Assembly: GCA_963829055.1 (NCBI GenBank)
Contig: CAWHHI010000016.1
Coordinates: 736,001-800,000 of the forward strand
Length of the DNA: 64,000 bases
Direction of reading: 5' to 3'
Source: an uncultured Gemmatimonadaceae bacterium
GTDB taxonomy: Bacteria; Gemmatimonadota; Gemmatimonadetes; Gemmatimonadales; Gemmatimonadaceae
The position numbers and the translations under genes are program-made. The notes under the pieces were generated by a model, which searched no databases, was not told where the DNA came from, and worked only from the letters and a program-made list of their open reading frames with translations. Positions 45,816 through 56,450 of the stretch are shown one piece after another (position 1 is the stretch's first letter; every line of letters starts with the position of its first letter).

Positions 45816-46729
45816 GCGGGCAGATCCTCCTCGTACGCGACGAGTCGTCGGAACTCGGTGAGACGTTTCCGGATGTCCGACGTGTCGATCTCGAGCAGGC
45901 GTTGAATCGAGAATCGCTCCACCGCGAACGAGCCCATCGCCGAGCCGTACACGACCGCGCGACGGAGACTGTCGTCGTCGATGCGGCCCGTGCGCGCCAG
46001 GTAGCCCATGAATCCACCGGCGAAGGAATCGCCGGCGCCCGTCGGATCGAACACATCCTCGAGCGGGTAGGCCGGCGCGAAGAACACGGAGTTTTCGGTG
46101 AACATGAACGCGCCATGCTCGCCCTTCTTGATGATCACGTGGCGCGGCCCGCGCTTCATGATCCATCGCGCGGCCTTCACGAGGTTCGCCTCCTCGGTGA
46201 GCTGCCGCGCCTCGCTGTCATTGAGCGTGATGAGATCCACGTGCTCGAGGAGCGCGAGGAGATCGGGACGACGGCTCTCGATCCAGAAGTTCATCGTGTC
46301 GCAGGCCACGAGCTTCGGGCGCTCCACTTGCTGCAGCACGTCCAGCTGAAGCCGCGGATCGATGTTCGCGAGAAAGACGAACGGCGCTCGGCGGAACTGT
46401 TCGGGGATCTTCGGCCGGAAGTGCGAGAAGACGCCGAGTCGCGTCTCGAGCGTTTCGGCGGAGTTGAGGTCGTGCCGGTATCGCCCGCGCCAGCGGAATG
46501 ATTCACCGTCGGCGCGCTCGAGTCCCGCGAGATCGACGCCGCGTTGCGCCAGCGGCGCGAGCTTGTCGACGGGATAGTCACTCCCCACGACGCCGACGAG
46601 CTGCACGGGCGCGAAGTGGCTCGCGGATGCGGAGAAGAACGTGCCCGACCCGCCCAGCACATCTTCGGCTTTGCCGAAGGGAGTCTCGACGGAATCAAGG
46701 GCGACAGAGCCGACTACCAGGACGGTCAT
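45812..46729 (-). CDS. PfkB family carbohydrate/nucleoside kinase
   Basis: VVGSVALDSVETP, GGSG, DTMNFWI, KKGEHG, DPTGAGDSFAGG. Confidence 0.92.
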   Translation of the reverse strand: MTVLVVGSVALDSVETPFGKAEDVLGGSGTFFSASASHFAPVQLVGVVGSDYPVDKLAPLAQRGVDLAGLERADGESFRWRGRYRHDLNSAETLETRLGVFSHFRPKIPEQFRRAPFVFLANIDPRLQLDVLQQVERPKLVACDTMNFWIESRRPDLLALLEHVDLITLNDSEARQLTEEANLVKAARWIMKRGPRHVIIKKGEHGAFMFTENSVFFAPAYPLEDVFDPTGAGDSFAGGFMGYLARTGRIDDDSLRRAVVYGSAMGSFAVERFSIQRLLEIDTSDIRKRLTEFRRLVAYEEDLPA

Positions 46730-46749
46730 GATTTCGGGGGAAAGAGCAA

Positions 46750-46847
46750 GCTGGTGGCTGGGTGGTCGTGCTGGTGGCTGGGTGACGCTGGGTGCAGCTG
46801 GTCACTCAGCATCACCCAGCAACAAGCACCCACACCCAGCAACAAGC
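46750..46847. repeat. Long imperfect palindrome built from GCTGGGTG/CACCCAGC units
   Basis: ~45-bp arms around cagctg; same family as 26805-26880. Confidence 0.8.
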
Positions 46848-46859
46848 CGCAGTCGTCGA

Positions 46860-48512
46860 TCACATTCTCTCCGGCGCCGAGATGCCGAGGATGCCTAACG
46901 CATTGCGGAGCACGATCTGGGTCGCGCGGGCGAGGACGAGGCGTGCCGTGCGCAGCGGTTCCGGTTGGTCGAGCACGTGATGCTCGTGATACCAGCGGTG
47001 GGCGAGTCCCGCCGTGTCCTGCAGGTAGGCAGCGATGCGATGCGGCTCCAACGCGTCGGCCGCGCCAACGACGAGCGACGGAAAGTCCACGAGTTGCTTC
47101 GCGAGCTCTCGCTCTTCCAGCGTGTCGAGCACGGCGAGGTCGACGCTCGATGCGTCGATCGACGCCGGGTCGATCCCGCCCTGCCGAAAGATGCCGCACA
47201 TACGCGCGTGCGCCATCTGAATGCGATAGATCGGATTCTCGTCGGATTGCGTGCGCGCGAGATCGACGTCGAACCGGAGTTGCGACTCCGGCTTGAGCAT
47301 GAGGTAGAAGTAGCGAACAGCGTCGCGCCCGACCCAGTCGATCAGGTCGCGCACGGTGACGATGTCGCCCGCTCGCTTGGAGAACTTCACCTCCTGCCCC
47401 TCGCGCATCACCGTCACCATCTGGTGCAGCGCGTACTCGGGGTACCCCTCCGGGATACCCATGCCTAACGCCTGCAGACCCGCGCGGACACGGGTGACCG
47501 TGCTGTGGTGGTCGGCGCCCTGCACGTTGATGGCGCGCTGGAAGCCTCGGCCCCACTTGTCCACGTGATACGCGACGTCCGGCAGGAAGTACGTGTAGTC
47601 GCCGCCGCGCTCCCTGCTCCGGCGCATCACGCGGTCCTTGTCGTCGCCGAATCCGGTCGTGCGCAGGAACAGCGCGCCATCCTGTTCGTACGTGTGACCC
47701 GACTGGACGAGCGCCTCCACGGTCGAACCGACCTTGCCGTCGGTGTACAGCGAGCTCTCGAGAAAATAGTTGTCGAACTTGACGCCGAACGCCTGCAGGT
47801 CGAGGTCCTGTTCCTTCCGGAGCGCTGCAACCGCGAACTTCCGCACCGCGTCGGCGTCCTGACCCTCCGGATCTTCCGGATGCTGGGCCATGTAATCGAA
47901 CGCGATCTCGCGGATGTAGTCCCCGTGGTATCCGCCCTCGGGGATCGCGAGCGCACCGGTGCGTGACTCCGCGATGCGCGCCTGCACGCTGCGGGTGAGG
48001 TTGGCGATCTGCGCGCCGGCGTCGTTGTAGTAGAACTCGCGCGACACGCGCCATCCGGTCCATTCGAGCAGACTCGCGATGGCGTCGCCTAACGCTGCCT
48101 GACGGCCGTGGCCGACGTGCAGCGGGCCGGTGGGGTTCGCCGACACGAACTCCACGTTCACGTGGCGCCCCTGGCCCACGTCCGCACGGCCATACTGCGC
48201 GTCCGCGGTGACGATGTCGCGCAATCCACCAGCAACGGTCCCGGTGTCGAGCCGGATGTTGATGAACCCCGGCCCGGCGACGTACGCCTCGCTCACGCCG
48301 GCGCGCGCGAGATCCATGAGCCCGATGAGATCGGTGGCGATCTCCTGCGGCTTGCGGCGCAACGGCCTGGCGAGCGTCATGGCGAGATTCGTCGTCCACT
48401 CGCCGAACGACGGATCACGCGGCCGCTCGAGCACCGGCGCCACCGGCTCGGGCGCGCCTAGCGAGCGGGCTGCGCGAGTCAGCTCGTCACGAATGAGATC
48501 AGGCGCGCTCAT
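46860..48512 (-). CDS. argS: Arginine--tRNA ligase
   Basis: AGPGFINI, VEFVSANPTGPLHVGHGR, REFYYNDAG, FSKRAG, ISAPERM. Confidence 0.97.
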   Translation of the reverse strand: MSAPDLIRDELTRAARSLGAPEPVAPVLERPRDPSFGEWTTNLAMTLARPLRRKPQEIATDLIGLMDLARAGVSEAYVAGPGFINIRLDTGTVAGGLRDIVTADAQYGRADVGQGRHVNVEFVSANPTGPLHVGHGRQAALGDAIASLLEWTGWRVSREFYYNDAGAQIANLTRSVQARIAESRTGALAIPEGGYHGDYIREIAFDYMAQHPEDPEGQDADAVRKFAVAALRKEQDLDLQAFGVKFDNYFLESSLYTDGKVGSTVEALVQSGHTYEQDGALFLRTTGFGDDKDRVMRRSRERGGDYTYFLPDVAYHVDKWGRGFQRAINVQGADHHSTVTRVRAGLQALGMGIPEGYPEYALHQMVTVMREGQEVKFSKRAGDIVTVRDLIDWVGRDAVRYFYLMLKPESQLRFDVDLARTQSDENPIYRIQMAHARMCGIFRQGGIDPASIDASSVDLAVLDTLEERELAKQLVDFPSLVVGAADALEPHRIAAYLQDTAGLAHRWYHEHHVLDQPEPLRTARLVLARATQIVLRNALGILGISAPERM

Positions 48513-48961
48513 TCGCTGGTGCCGCCCTTCGTCTTCCCCGACGACGGTTTGCTCTCGGTGCTCTTCGGCGTCTTCGCGGGCTCGGCCTTGGCGGTGCTAT
48601 TGCTCGATTCCGCTTTCGGCGCGGCGCTGCTGCCGCTGTCCGATTTCGCGCCGTCGCTCTTACTCGACGATTTGGCGTCTCCACTCGACTCGCTCTTCGA
48701 GTCAGCCTTGGGCTCGCCCTTGGATTCGCCCTTGGCCTCAGAGCCCGACGACTCCGGTCCGGACGTTCGGTGCGCGTTCCGCCCGTAATCGGTCAGGTAG
48801 AAGCCGCTCCCCTTGAAGACCAGTCCGGCACCGGCGGACATGCGTCGCTCGGCGATGGCGCCGCAGACCGGGCATGCGAACTCGGCCTGCGCGTCGCTGA
48901 TCTTGCGAAAGAAATGCTCGAAATCGTGCCCGTTAGGGCAGCGATACTCGTAAGTGGGCAT
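48509..48961 (-). CDS. FmdB family zinc-ribbon protein with low-complexity S/K/E tail
   Basis: MPTYEYRCPNGH...CPVCG...FKGSGFYLTDY. Confidence 0.9.
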   Translation of the reverse strand: MPTYEYRCPNGHDFEHFFRKISDAQAEFACPVCGAIAERRMSAGAGLVFKGSGFYLTDYGRNAHRTSGPESSGSEAKGESKGEPKADSKSESSGDAKSSSKSDGAKSDSGSSAAPKAESSNSTAKAEPAKTPKSTESKPSSGKTKGGTSE

Positions 48962-49020
48962 TGATACGAAACTTAGGGAGCCAGGGCGGACCCGTAACAT
49001 AGCGGGCCCCGGTAGCGCAC

Positions 49021-50656
49021 TCAAGCCGGGCGGTACTCTCCCCACACGGCGCGGAGTGCATCCGAGATCTCGCCCACGGTGGCGCGCGCACGAACCGCGT
49101 CCACGATGAGCGGCATCAGGGCCGTCCTCGGCGTCGCGGCCGATTCCGCATACGGCGGCGCGGCTGCACGCACGGCGGCGAGCACCGCGTTCACACGCTC
49201 ACTATCGCGTTTCGCGCGCACGGCGGCCACGCGCTCGACCTGCTCGCGCTCGAGGGTCGAGAAATCCGGGCGTCGGAATCGCCGGCGCGTCGTTGCCATC
49301 AGTGAATCGATTGACGCCGACGACCACGGTCTCGCCTGCTTCGACTCGCAGCTGATGCGCATACGCACTGCGCGCGATCTCTTCCTGGAAAAACCCGGCG
49401 GCGATAGCACGTTCGGCGCCGCCAAGCTCATCGACTTTCTCGATCAGCGCGATCGCCTGTCGCTCGATCTCGGTCGTCAGGGATTCCACGTAGTAGCTGC
49501 CCGCGAGTGGATCGACGGTGTTCGCGATGCCCGACTCATAGCCGACGATCTGCTGCGTGCGTAACGCGAGCGTTGCTGCTTCCGCGGTAGGCAGCGCGAG
49601 CGCCTCGTCGTAGCCGTTGGTGTGCAACGACTGCGTACCGCCTAACGTCGCTGCCAGCGTCTGGACCGCCACGCGAACCACGTTGTTGAGCGGCTGCTGC
49701 GCCGTCAGTGTGACGCCGCCGGTCTGCGTGTGAAAACGCAATCGACAGCTCGCATCGCCCGCCCCGAACCGCTCGCGCATGAGGCGACTGTAGATCCGGC
49801 GCGCCGCGCGGAACTTCGCGACTTCCTCGAACAGGTCGCTGTGGGCGGCGAAGAAGAACGAGAGGCGCGGCGCGAAGCCATCGACGGCGAGTCCTGCAGC
49901 GAGGGCCTGCTTCACGTACTCGATGGTGTTCGCAAACGTGAACGCGAGCTCCTGCACCGCCGTCGATCCCGCCTCGCGGATGTGATACCCGGAGATCGAT
50001 ATGGGATTCCACTCCGGAACCTCCGCCGCGCAGAATCGGAAGATCTCGGCGATGAGCGCGAGACTGGGCAGCGGCGGGTAGATGTACGTGCCGCGCGCGA
50101 TGTACTCCTTCAGCACATCGTTCTGAATCGTCCCGCTCACCTGCTGACGCGAGATGCCGCGTTCTTCAGCGGCGACGATGTACATCGCCAGCAGCACGCC
50201 CGCGGTCGCGTTGATGGTCATGGACGTCGACACGGACTCGAGCGGCAGCCGCGCGAGCAGGACGTGCATGTCCTCCACGGAATCGATCGCGACACCCACG
50301 CGTCCCACTTCGCCGAGGGCTCGCGGCGAGTCCGAGTCGATGCCCATCTGCGTTGGAAGGTCGAACGCGACCGAGAGGCCCGTCTGCCCAGCGGCGAGGA
50401 GATGCTGGAAGCGCTCGTTCGTCTCCGCCGCTGTTCCGAAGCCGGCGTACTGGCGCATCGTCCAGAGCCGGCCGCGGTACATCGTGGGCTGCACGCCGCG
50501 CGTGTACGGGAATCGACCCGGGTCCCCGAGGTCGCGGGCGTAGTCGGTCGGCGCGTCGTTAGGCCGGTACACCGGCGCGATGGGGATGCCGGACGGCGTG
50601 ACGCGTTCGCCGGACGAGTTGGCGGCTGATGCGGTCGGGCGGGACGTGGCGGTCAG
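49021..50656 (-). CDS. Methylmalonyl-CoA mutase-like large (substrate-binding) subunit; frameshift near 49280, start uncertain
   Basis: [83 protein letters not shown]. Confidence 0.92.
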
Positions 50657-50701
50657 GGCTCTGCTCCGAATGCGGTCACGCCTAATGATACGTCAGAGGC
50701 G

Positions 50702-50876
50702 GTCATTCCGAGCGCAGCCGCGAAGCGGCGGCAGTCGAGGAATCGCGAGTCTGACCGGTAGAGAGCGTTGTCATTCCGAGCGGAGTCGAGGAATCGAGCC
50801 TCTCTCGGTAGAGGGCCCTCTGCCGGACGACTCGATTCCTCGACTCCGCGCCTTCGGCGCTCCGCTCGGAATGACA
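50702..50876. repeat. REP/MITE-like palindromic element (GTCATTCCGAGC...GAGGAATC / GATTCCTC...GCTCGGAATGAC)
   Basis: Two left-end copies (50702, 50769) and one inverted right end (to 50876) in the fbp-mutase spacer. Confidence 0.85.
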
Positions 50877-50903
50877 CGTGTTTCGCGCCGCCGCTCCGAC
50901 CGC

Positions 50904-51938
50904 CTACGCGGGCGTCGCCGACAGCGCAGCCTCGCCCGTGAGCATCTGCGACGCCGCCTCGACCTCGCTCTTGCTGCCGATAAATAGCGGCGTTCGCTGG
51001 TGGAGCTCCGTCGGATTGACGTCGAGGATCCGCTGCTGGCCGTCGCAGGCGAGGCCACCCGCCTGTTCGACGACGAACGCGAGTGGATTGGCCTCATAGA
51101 GCAGGCGGAGCTTGCCTTGCTTGTTCCGGCGATTGGCCGGATAGCAGAACACGCCGCCACCCAGAAGGTTGCGGTGGAAGTCGGCCACGAGCGACCCGAC
51201 ATAGCGCACGCTGAGCGGCTTTCGCGAGCCGCCGATACCGCGATAGCTGCGCATGAGCTGCCTCACCGGATCCGCCCAGTCCTCCTCGTACGAATCGTTC
51301 ACGGACAGGTAGCGCCCGCGCTCCGGAATTCTGATGTCGGGATGAGAGAGCAGGAACTCGCCGATGGACGGATCGAGCGTGAAGCCGTGCGCGCCCTGGC
51401 CCGTCGTGTACACGAGCATCGTACTCGAGCCGTAGATCACATAGCCGGCCGCGACCTGGCGCCGGCCCGGCTGGAGAAGATCCTCCATCTCGCCGCGCGC
51501 GCCGCGCGTGATCTTCCGCACGACCGAGAAGATCGTTCCGACCGGAACGTTGACGTCGATGTTCGATGAGCCGTCGAGTGGGTCGAACAGCAGCACGTAC
51601 TTCCCGCATTTGAAGTTCTCGGGAATGGGGATGATGTCGGGCTCCTCCTCCGACGCCATCGCGCACAGGCGCCCACCGTGGTCGAGCGCCTTGATGATCG
51701 TCTCGTTGGCGAAGACATCGAGCTTCTGCTGCATCTCACCCTGAACGTTCTCCTGCTCCGCGGAGCCGAGAATGTCGGCGAGACCGGCGCTCCTGACCTT
51801 GTTGGCGATCATCTTCGCCGCCAACGCGAGGTCATAGAGAACGCCGGACAGCTCGCCGGTCGCTTCGGGGTGGAGGCGCTCCTGCTCGATGATGAAGCGC
51901 TCGATGGTGACGACCAATGTGGCGGTGTGCTTGACCAC
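50904..51938 (-). CDS. fbp: Fructose-1,6-bisphosphatase class 1
   Basis: [54 protein letters not shown]. Confidence 0.97.
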   Translation of the reverse strand: MVKHTATLVVTIERFIIEQERLHPEATGELSGVLYDLALAAKMIANKVRSAGLADILGSAEQENVQGEMQQKLDVFANETIIKALDHGGRLCAMASEEEPDIIPIPENFKCGKYVLLFDPLDGSSNIDVNVPVGTIFSVVRKITRGARGEMEDLLQPGRRQVAAGYVIYGSSTMLVYTTGQGAHGFTLDPSIGEFLLSHPDIRIPERGRYLSVNDSYEEDWADPVRQLMRSYRGIGGSRKPLSVRYVGSLVADFHRNLLGGGVFCYPANRRNKQGKLRLLYEANPLAFVVEQAGGLACDGQQRILDVNPTELHQRTPLFIGSKSEVEAASQMLTGEAALSATPA

Positions 51939-51940
51939 GG

Positions 51941-52342
51941 TTACACGTCCTGCGTTGATGGAGTGGCGCCGCTCCCCGCGAGTCGCGCCGATGCATACCG
52001 CCGCGCATCGACTTCGAAGCGGTTGGCCTGGTAGCCTCGCCGCAACGATTCCCAGATGTAATGCAACGGGAACGACACGCTGGCCTGAAACTGCTGAACG
52101 TGGCGGATTTCGTGCAAGAGCAGTTCCGCTTCCCATTTCAGGCGCGGGTCGAGCCAGATCGTGCGCCATAACGTTATGCCCGACACCGTCGTCGCCCCGA
52201 GACTCCAGCCGCCAACCCGCAGAGGGAGTCCGCCCACACGATACTGAGCGTCGCGAAGTTCCGGGTAGCGCTCGGCCAACTGTGGCGGCAGTTCAACAGC
52301 GCGGCCAAGCAGCGCCTCGATTGCTCGGCTCAGCGGACCCAC
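51941..52342 (-). CDS. DUF4157-like small HExxH protein
   Basis: GITLWRTIW...[12 protein letters not shown]...[11 protein letters not shown]. Confidence 0.7.
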   Translation of the reverse strand: MGPLSRAIEALLGRAVELPPQLAERYPELRDAQYRVGGLPLRVGGWSLGATTVSGITLWRTIWLDPRLKWEAELLLHEIRHVQQFQASVSFPLHYIWESLRRGYQANRFEVDARRYASARLAGSGATPSTQDV

Positions 52343-54562
52343 CGCCCGCCCCCCGCCTCTACGCTGACAGCGCGACCATCAGTGCGCACGACGACGGTCC
52401 CGAGTTGATCGGTCCGAAGCACCTGGGCACCTGCCTCGCCTAAAGCCCGCACCACGTCGATGCTTGGGTGCCCATATGTGTTCGCGGCGCCGACGGACAC
52501 GAGCCCCACGCGCGGCTGCACGGCGGCGAGAAACGCCGGGGTCGTGCTGGTCCGGCTGCCATGGTGCCCGACCTTGAGGACGTCGGCTCTCAGGCCATCC
52601 GCGTTATGCGCCAGCATCCATTCCTCCTCGCCCGCCTCGGCGTCCCCGGTCATGAGGAATCGTACCTGCCCGTACTGCACCAGCGCCACCGCGCTCGCCT
52701 CGTTCGCATCGCTGAGCGACGCCGTCCACGACGAGTCCGGCGCCAGAAACCGGATGCGCACGCCGTCGATGTCGAGCGAGTCATCAGGATGCACGCGGCG
52801 CCACGCGACATGGTGCTGAGCGGCGGCCTCGAGCGACTCACGGTACGGCGTACTGCCAGCGATGTACGCCGCATCCCAGTACTCGGCCGGTTCGAGCGCG
52901 CTGACCACCGATGCTCCGCCTCCGACGTGGTCGCTGTGCGGATGCGAGAGCACGAACGCGTATACCTCACCGCCGCGCCGGCGGATGTAAGGGATCACAG
53001 TCGAGCGACCAGCGTCGCCACCAATCCAGCTTCGGCCGGCATCGAACAGAATCCATCGGCCTCTCGGGGTGCGGAGCGCAAGCGCGTCACCCTGCCCCAC
53101 ATCGATCATGTGCATCTCCATGACGCCGCCGCCGCCTGATATCTGAACACCGAGAGCGATGGCGGCGCACGCGAGGCCGCCGAGGATGAGACTCCGCGCG
53201 CGCCACGCGCTTCCGGGAGCGCTGGCACACGCGACGACGAGCGAAGCCGAGACGACGCCAAGCAACCCCGCCGTCCATAACGTGGGCGCGACCGGCACCG
53301 CGGCGAACGGGATTCGCGTCGAAACGTTGGCGACGACATCGACTGCCTGAAGCAGCACGTGCGCAGCATTCGCCGGAAACGCGGCAACCGCGGGGACAGG
53401 TGACAGTACGAGTGCGAGGAACAGCGTTGGCTGCAGTACCGTGAAGATCGGCCCGGCCGCCAGATTCGCGAGCGGCGCGACAATGCTCACGCGACCGAAC
53501 GTCCAGGCGATGAGCGGTAGCGACACGATCGAGGCAAGTGTCGATACGATGAGGTCTCGGGCAATCACCCGTCGCCAGCCGGTCACGCGCCCAGCGAGCA
53601 CGTGTCTCGCGAGCGCGCCGGACGCGATGAGCGCCGCCAAACCGGCGACGCTCAACTGGTAGCCGAGATCCACCATGATGCGCGGATTCACGAGCGGGGC
53701 CCAAGCCCCGAGCGCCAACGCCGCCCACGGAGACGTTGGTCGTTGCGTTAGGCGGGAGAGGGCGCTGGCGCCCAGCATGACGGCCGAGCGCACGGCCGGT
53801 GCGGGAGCGCCAATGACGACGACGTAGAGTGCAGTGATGATGAGTGCGAGCCACGTCGATGCGGCGCGCGATGCACGGGCGGCGGACAGCAGCAGCTCGA
53901 CGGCTCCCGCAATGATCGCGACGTGCAGCCCGGACACGGACAACAGATGTACGATGCCGGCATCCGCATAACGCGACCGGATCCCGGCATCGAGGGTGCG
54001 CGTGTCGGCGATCAGGAGCGCCCTCGCGAGAGATGCGTCGGATCCGAACGTCGCGTCTATCGCGCGACCGGCGCGCTCGCGCCACCGCCGTGCGAGGTCC
54101 GGACCCGCGCGGACCGCAAGCGTCGCGTGCTGCACGATGATGACAGTACCGGCGTGGGCCGCATCTCCACCGACCGTGACGCGGGAGCCCGCGACCGCAA
54201 CACCGTGTTGGACGAGGAGACTGGCGCGCATGGCGCAGCCATGATCGTCCACGGTGGCGGGGACGCGAGCCCCGGGACGCGCATCGGCTCTCGACGACGG
54301 CCGTGTAAACGACATGGGCGTCCGCCTCCGCCGTCGCGGGGATCGCCGCCCGCTCGCAGCGCGCGTCCGCATCCGCGGCGACCTTCGCCCGGAGGACGCC
54401 CGCGACCGCGAGCAGGCCCAGAGCTCCAAGCCTCGCGTCGCGGCGAGCGACGGCTGCCATCCCCATCGCGGCTGACGCGAGCAGCCCGGCTAACGAAGCG
54501 CCGCCGAACCCGAGAAGGAGTCCGGCGGCGTGAGCGATGAACGCGGCGGTGATGAGCGGCAA
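52330..54562 (-). CDS. comEC: DNA internalisation competence protein ComEC/Rec2; frameshifts near the 5' end
   Basis: AGIVHLLSVSGLHV, APAVRSAVM, GYQLS, IDVGQGDA, SHPHSDHVGG, LKVGHHGSRTS, NTYGHP, RTDQLG. Confidence 0.93.
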
Positions 54563-54574
54563 GAGAGTCTCCTG

Positions 54575-54871
54575 CTATCCGCCCTCTCCCAGTGGGATGT
54601 AGTCCTCGGGGCCGTGGCGCGGATTCTGGTTGACGCGGCGCATGGCGTCGAACACCAGCACCGCGATCTCGGCTCGTGCCTGATCGCCCGCAAGCGAGAC
54701 GCGCGTGACAGCCGCTCCAATCGGAGAGCCGCCGATGTACCGCGGTCTAGCTTTGTTCAACGCCTGCGCGATCACGTCATCGTGACAGCGCTCACAGGAG
54801 CAATACTCCGCGTGGCGCTGCTTGAGCTGCACGTAGACCTCGCCCACCATCTCTTCCAGCGCGTTTTTCAT
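54575..54871 (-). CDS. comFB: ComFB family protein
   Basis: MKNALEEMV...CSCERCHDDVIAQALNKARPRY...VNQNPRH; ATGA-coupled to miaB. Confidence 0.85.
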   Translation of the reverse strand: MKNALEEMVGEVYVQLKQRHAEYCSCERCHDDVIAQALNKARPRYIGGSPIGAAVTRVSLAGDQARAEIAVLVFDAMRRVNQNPRHGPEDYIPLGEGG

Positions 54872-56205
54872 ACGGCCATCGGCAACGGCGCGCGCTCGCG
54901 ACTGTGACATACCGCACCGGTAAAGGTCGAGCCCGTGGTGCCAGTGAGCTCGACGGTGAAGTAACGACCGATCATCGAGTCGTCGCCCGGCATGAGCACG
55001 GTCTTGAAGTCGCGCGTTCGGGCCTGCAGGAGATCACCCCGCCGCGCACCCTTCTCGACCAGCACTTCGCGTTTCGCGCCAAGGAGCGTCATGTTGCGCT
55101 CCCGGGCACCGCGCCGGACTGTATCGATGAGACGCGCGAGACGCTCTGTCGCCACCGCATCGGGGACGGTCATTTCGACCGGCATGCGTGTGGCGGGGGT
55201 TCCGTCCCGGGGGGAGAACTTGAAGGTGTAGGCATCGTCGAAGCCAACGGCGCGCACCACCTCGAGCGTGTCCTCGAAGTCGGCGTCCGTTTCCCCCGGG
55301 AATCCAACGATCACATCGGTGGTCAGCGCCAGACCCGGAATGGCGGCGCGCAGCCTCTCGACACACTCCAGATACCCCTCGCGCGTGTACCGCCGGAGCA
55401 TCCGTTTGAGCACGGAGTTGGAGCCGGACTGCATAGGCAGGTGCACATGCTCGCACACTGCATTCACGTCGGCCATCGCCTCGATGACGGCAGGCGAGAA
55501 ATCGTTAGGGTGCGGGCTCGTGAAGCGAACGCGCCGAATCCCCGACACCGCGCCGACCGCCCGGAGCAGATCGGCGAAGCCGTTCTCTCCGTCATGGTAG
55601 GAGTTCACGGTCTGGCCGAGCAAGACGACCTCGGTCATCCCGTCGACGACGACCTGCTCCACCTCGCGCACGACGTCCGCCAGTCGCCGGCTGCGCTCGG
55701 ACCCGCGCGTCGTCGGAACGATGCAGTACGTGCAGCGATAGTCGCATCCGCGCTGCACGGGGATCCAGGCTTTGACCTTGTCGAAGCGGCGCGGCGTGAA
55801 GTCCTCGTAGTGTTCCTCGAGGTCGAACGTCGTCGAGATGGCGCGCTCACCGCGGCGGGCGCCGTCGACGAGCGCGGGCAGGGCGCGGTAGCCGTCCGGT
55901 CCCACCACGAGGCTCACGTGCTTCGCCTTGGCGAGGAGCTGCGGGCCGAGGCGCTGCGCCATGCAGCCGGTGACGCCCATGATGGAATCGGGCTTCATGT
56001 TTCGCTTGAGCTCACCGAGCCGCCCGATCACGCGCTGCTCAGCGTGATCGCGAATGGCGCACGTGTTGAGCAGGATCACGTCCGCGCCGTCCGGCGATTC
56101 CACGGACTCGTAGCCGTTGGCGGTGAGCCGTCCGAGCATCAGCTCGGAATCGCTCACGTTCATCTGGCAGCCGTAGGTCTCGATGTAGACGGTTGGACGG
56201 GACAT
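54868..56205 (-). CDS. miaB: tRNA-2-methylthio-N6-dimethylallyladenosine synthase
   Basis: YIETYGCQMNVSDSE, NTCAIR, GCMAQR, radical-SAM CDYRCTYC, RFTSPHP, HLPMQSGS, TRAM domain. Confidence 0.95.
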   Translation of the reverse strand: MSRPTVYIETYGCQMNVSDSELMLGRLTANGYESVESPDGADVILLNTCAIRDHAEQRVIGRLGELKRNMKPDSIMGVTGCMAQRLGPQLLAKAKHVSLVVGPDGYRALPALVDGARRGERAISTTFDLEEHYEDFTPRRFDKVKAWIPVQRGCDYRCTYCIVPTTRGSERSRRLADVVREVEQVVVDGMTEVVLLGQTVNSYHDGENGFADLLRAVGAVSGIRRVRFTSPHPNDFSPAVIEAMADVNAVCEHVHLPMQSGSNSVLKRMLRRYTREGYLECVERLRAAIPGLALTTDVIVGFPGETDADFEDTLEVVRAVGFDDAYTFKFSPRDGTPATRMPVEMTVPDAVATERLARLIDTVRRGARERNMTLLGAKREVLVEKGARRGDLLQARTRDFKTVLMPGDDSMIGRYFTVELTGTTGSTFTGAVCHSRERAPLPMAV

Positions 56206-56304
56206 CGCGTACACGTGGTGAGCTGAGGCGTGCGAGGACCCGGTACGGCAGGGTCTTACGGGCAAGCCAAGAATACTAATCGCGGGAGCCTCGGGGCGAA
56301 CGTT

Positions 56305-56450
56305 TGTCATCCCGAGCGCCAGCGAGGGATCTTCCCGAGAGGTCATGCGTCCGAGCCTGGCCACGAGCGAGGTTCAGATGATCCATCACAGACGCTCGAG
56401 ATCCTGCCGCTGCCGCTCGGGATGACAGCTGCGGCGTCGCTCGGGATGAC
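56305..56450. repeat. REP/MITE-like palindromic element (TGTCATCCCGAGCG...CGCTCGGGATGAC) overlapping the 3' end of mtaB
   Basis: One left end and two inverted right ends; related to 50702-50876. Confidence 0.8.

Noticed and set aside
26805..46847. Short repeat patches as CRISPR arrays
   Set aside because: No constant 23-47 bp repeats with unique spacers, and no cas genes.
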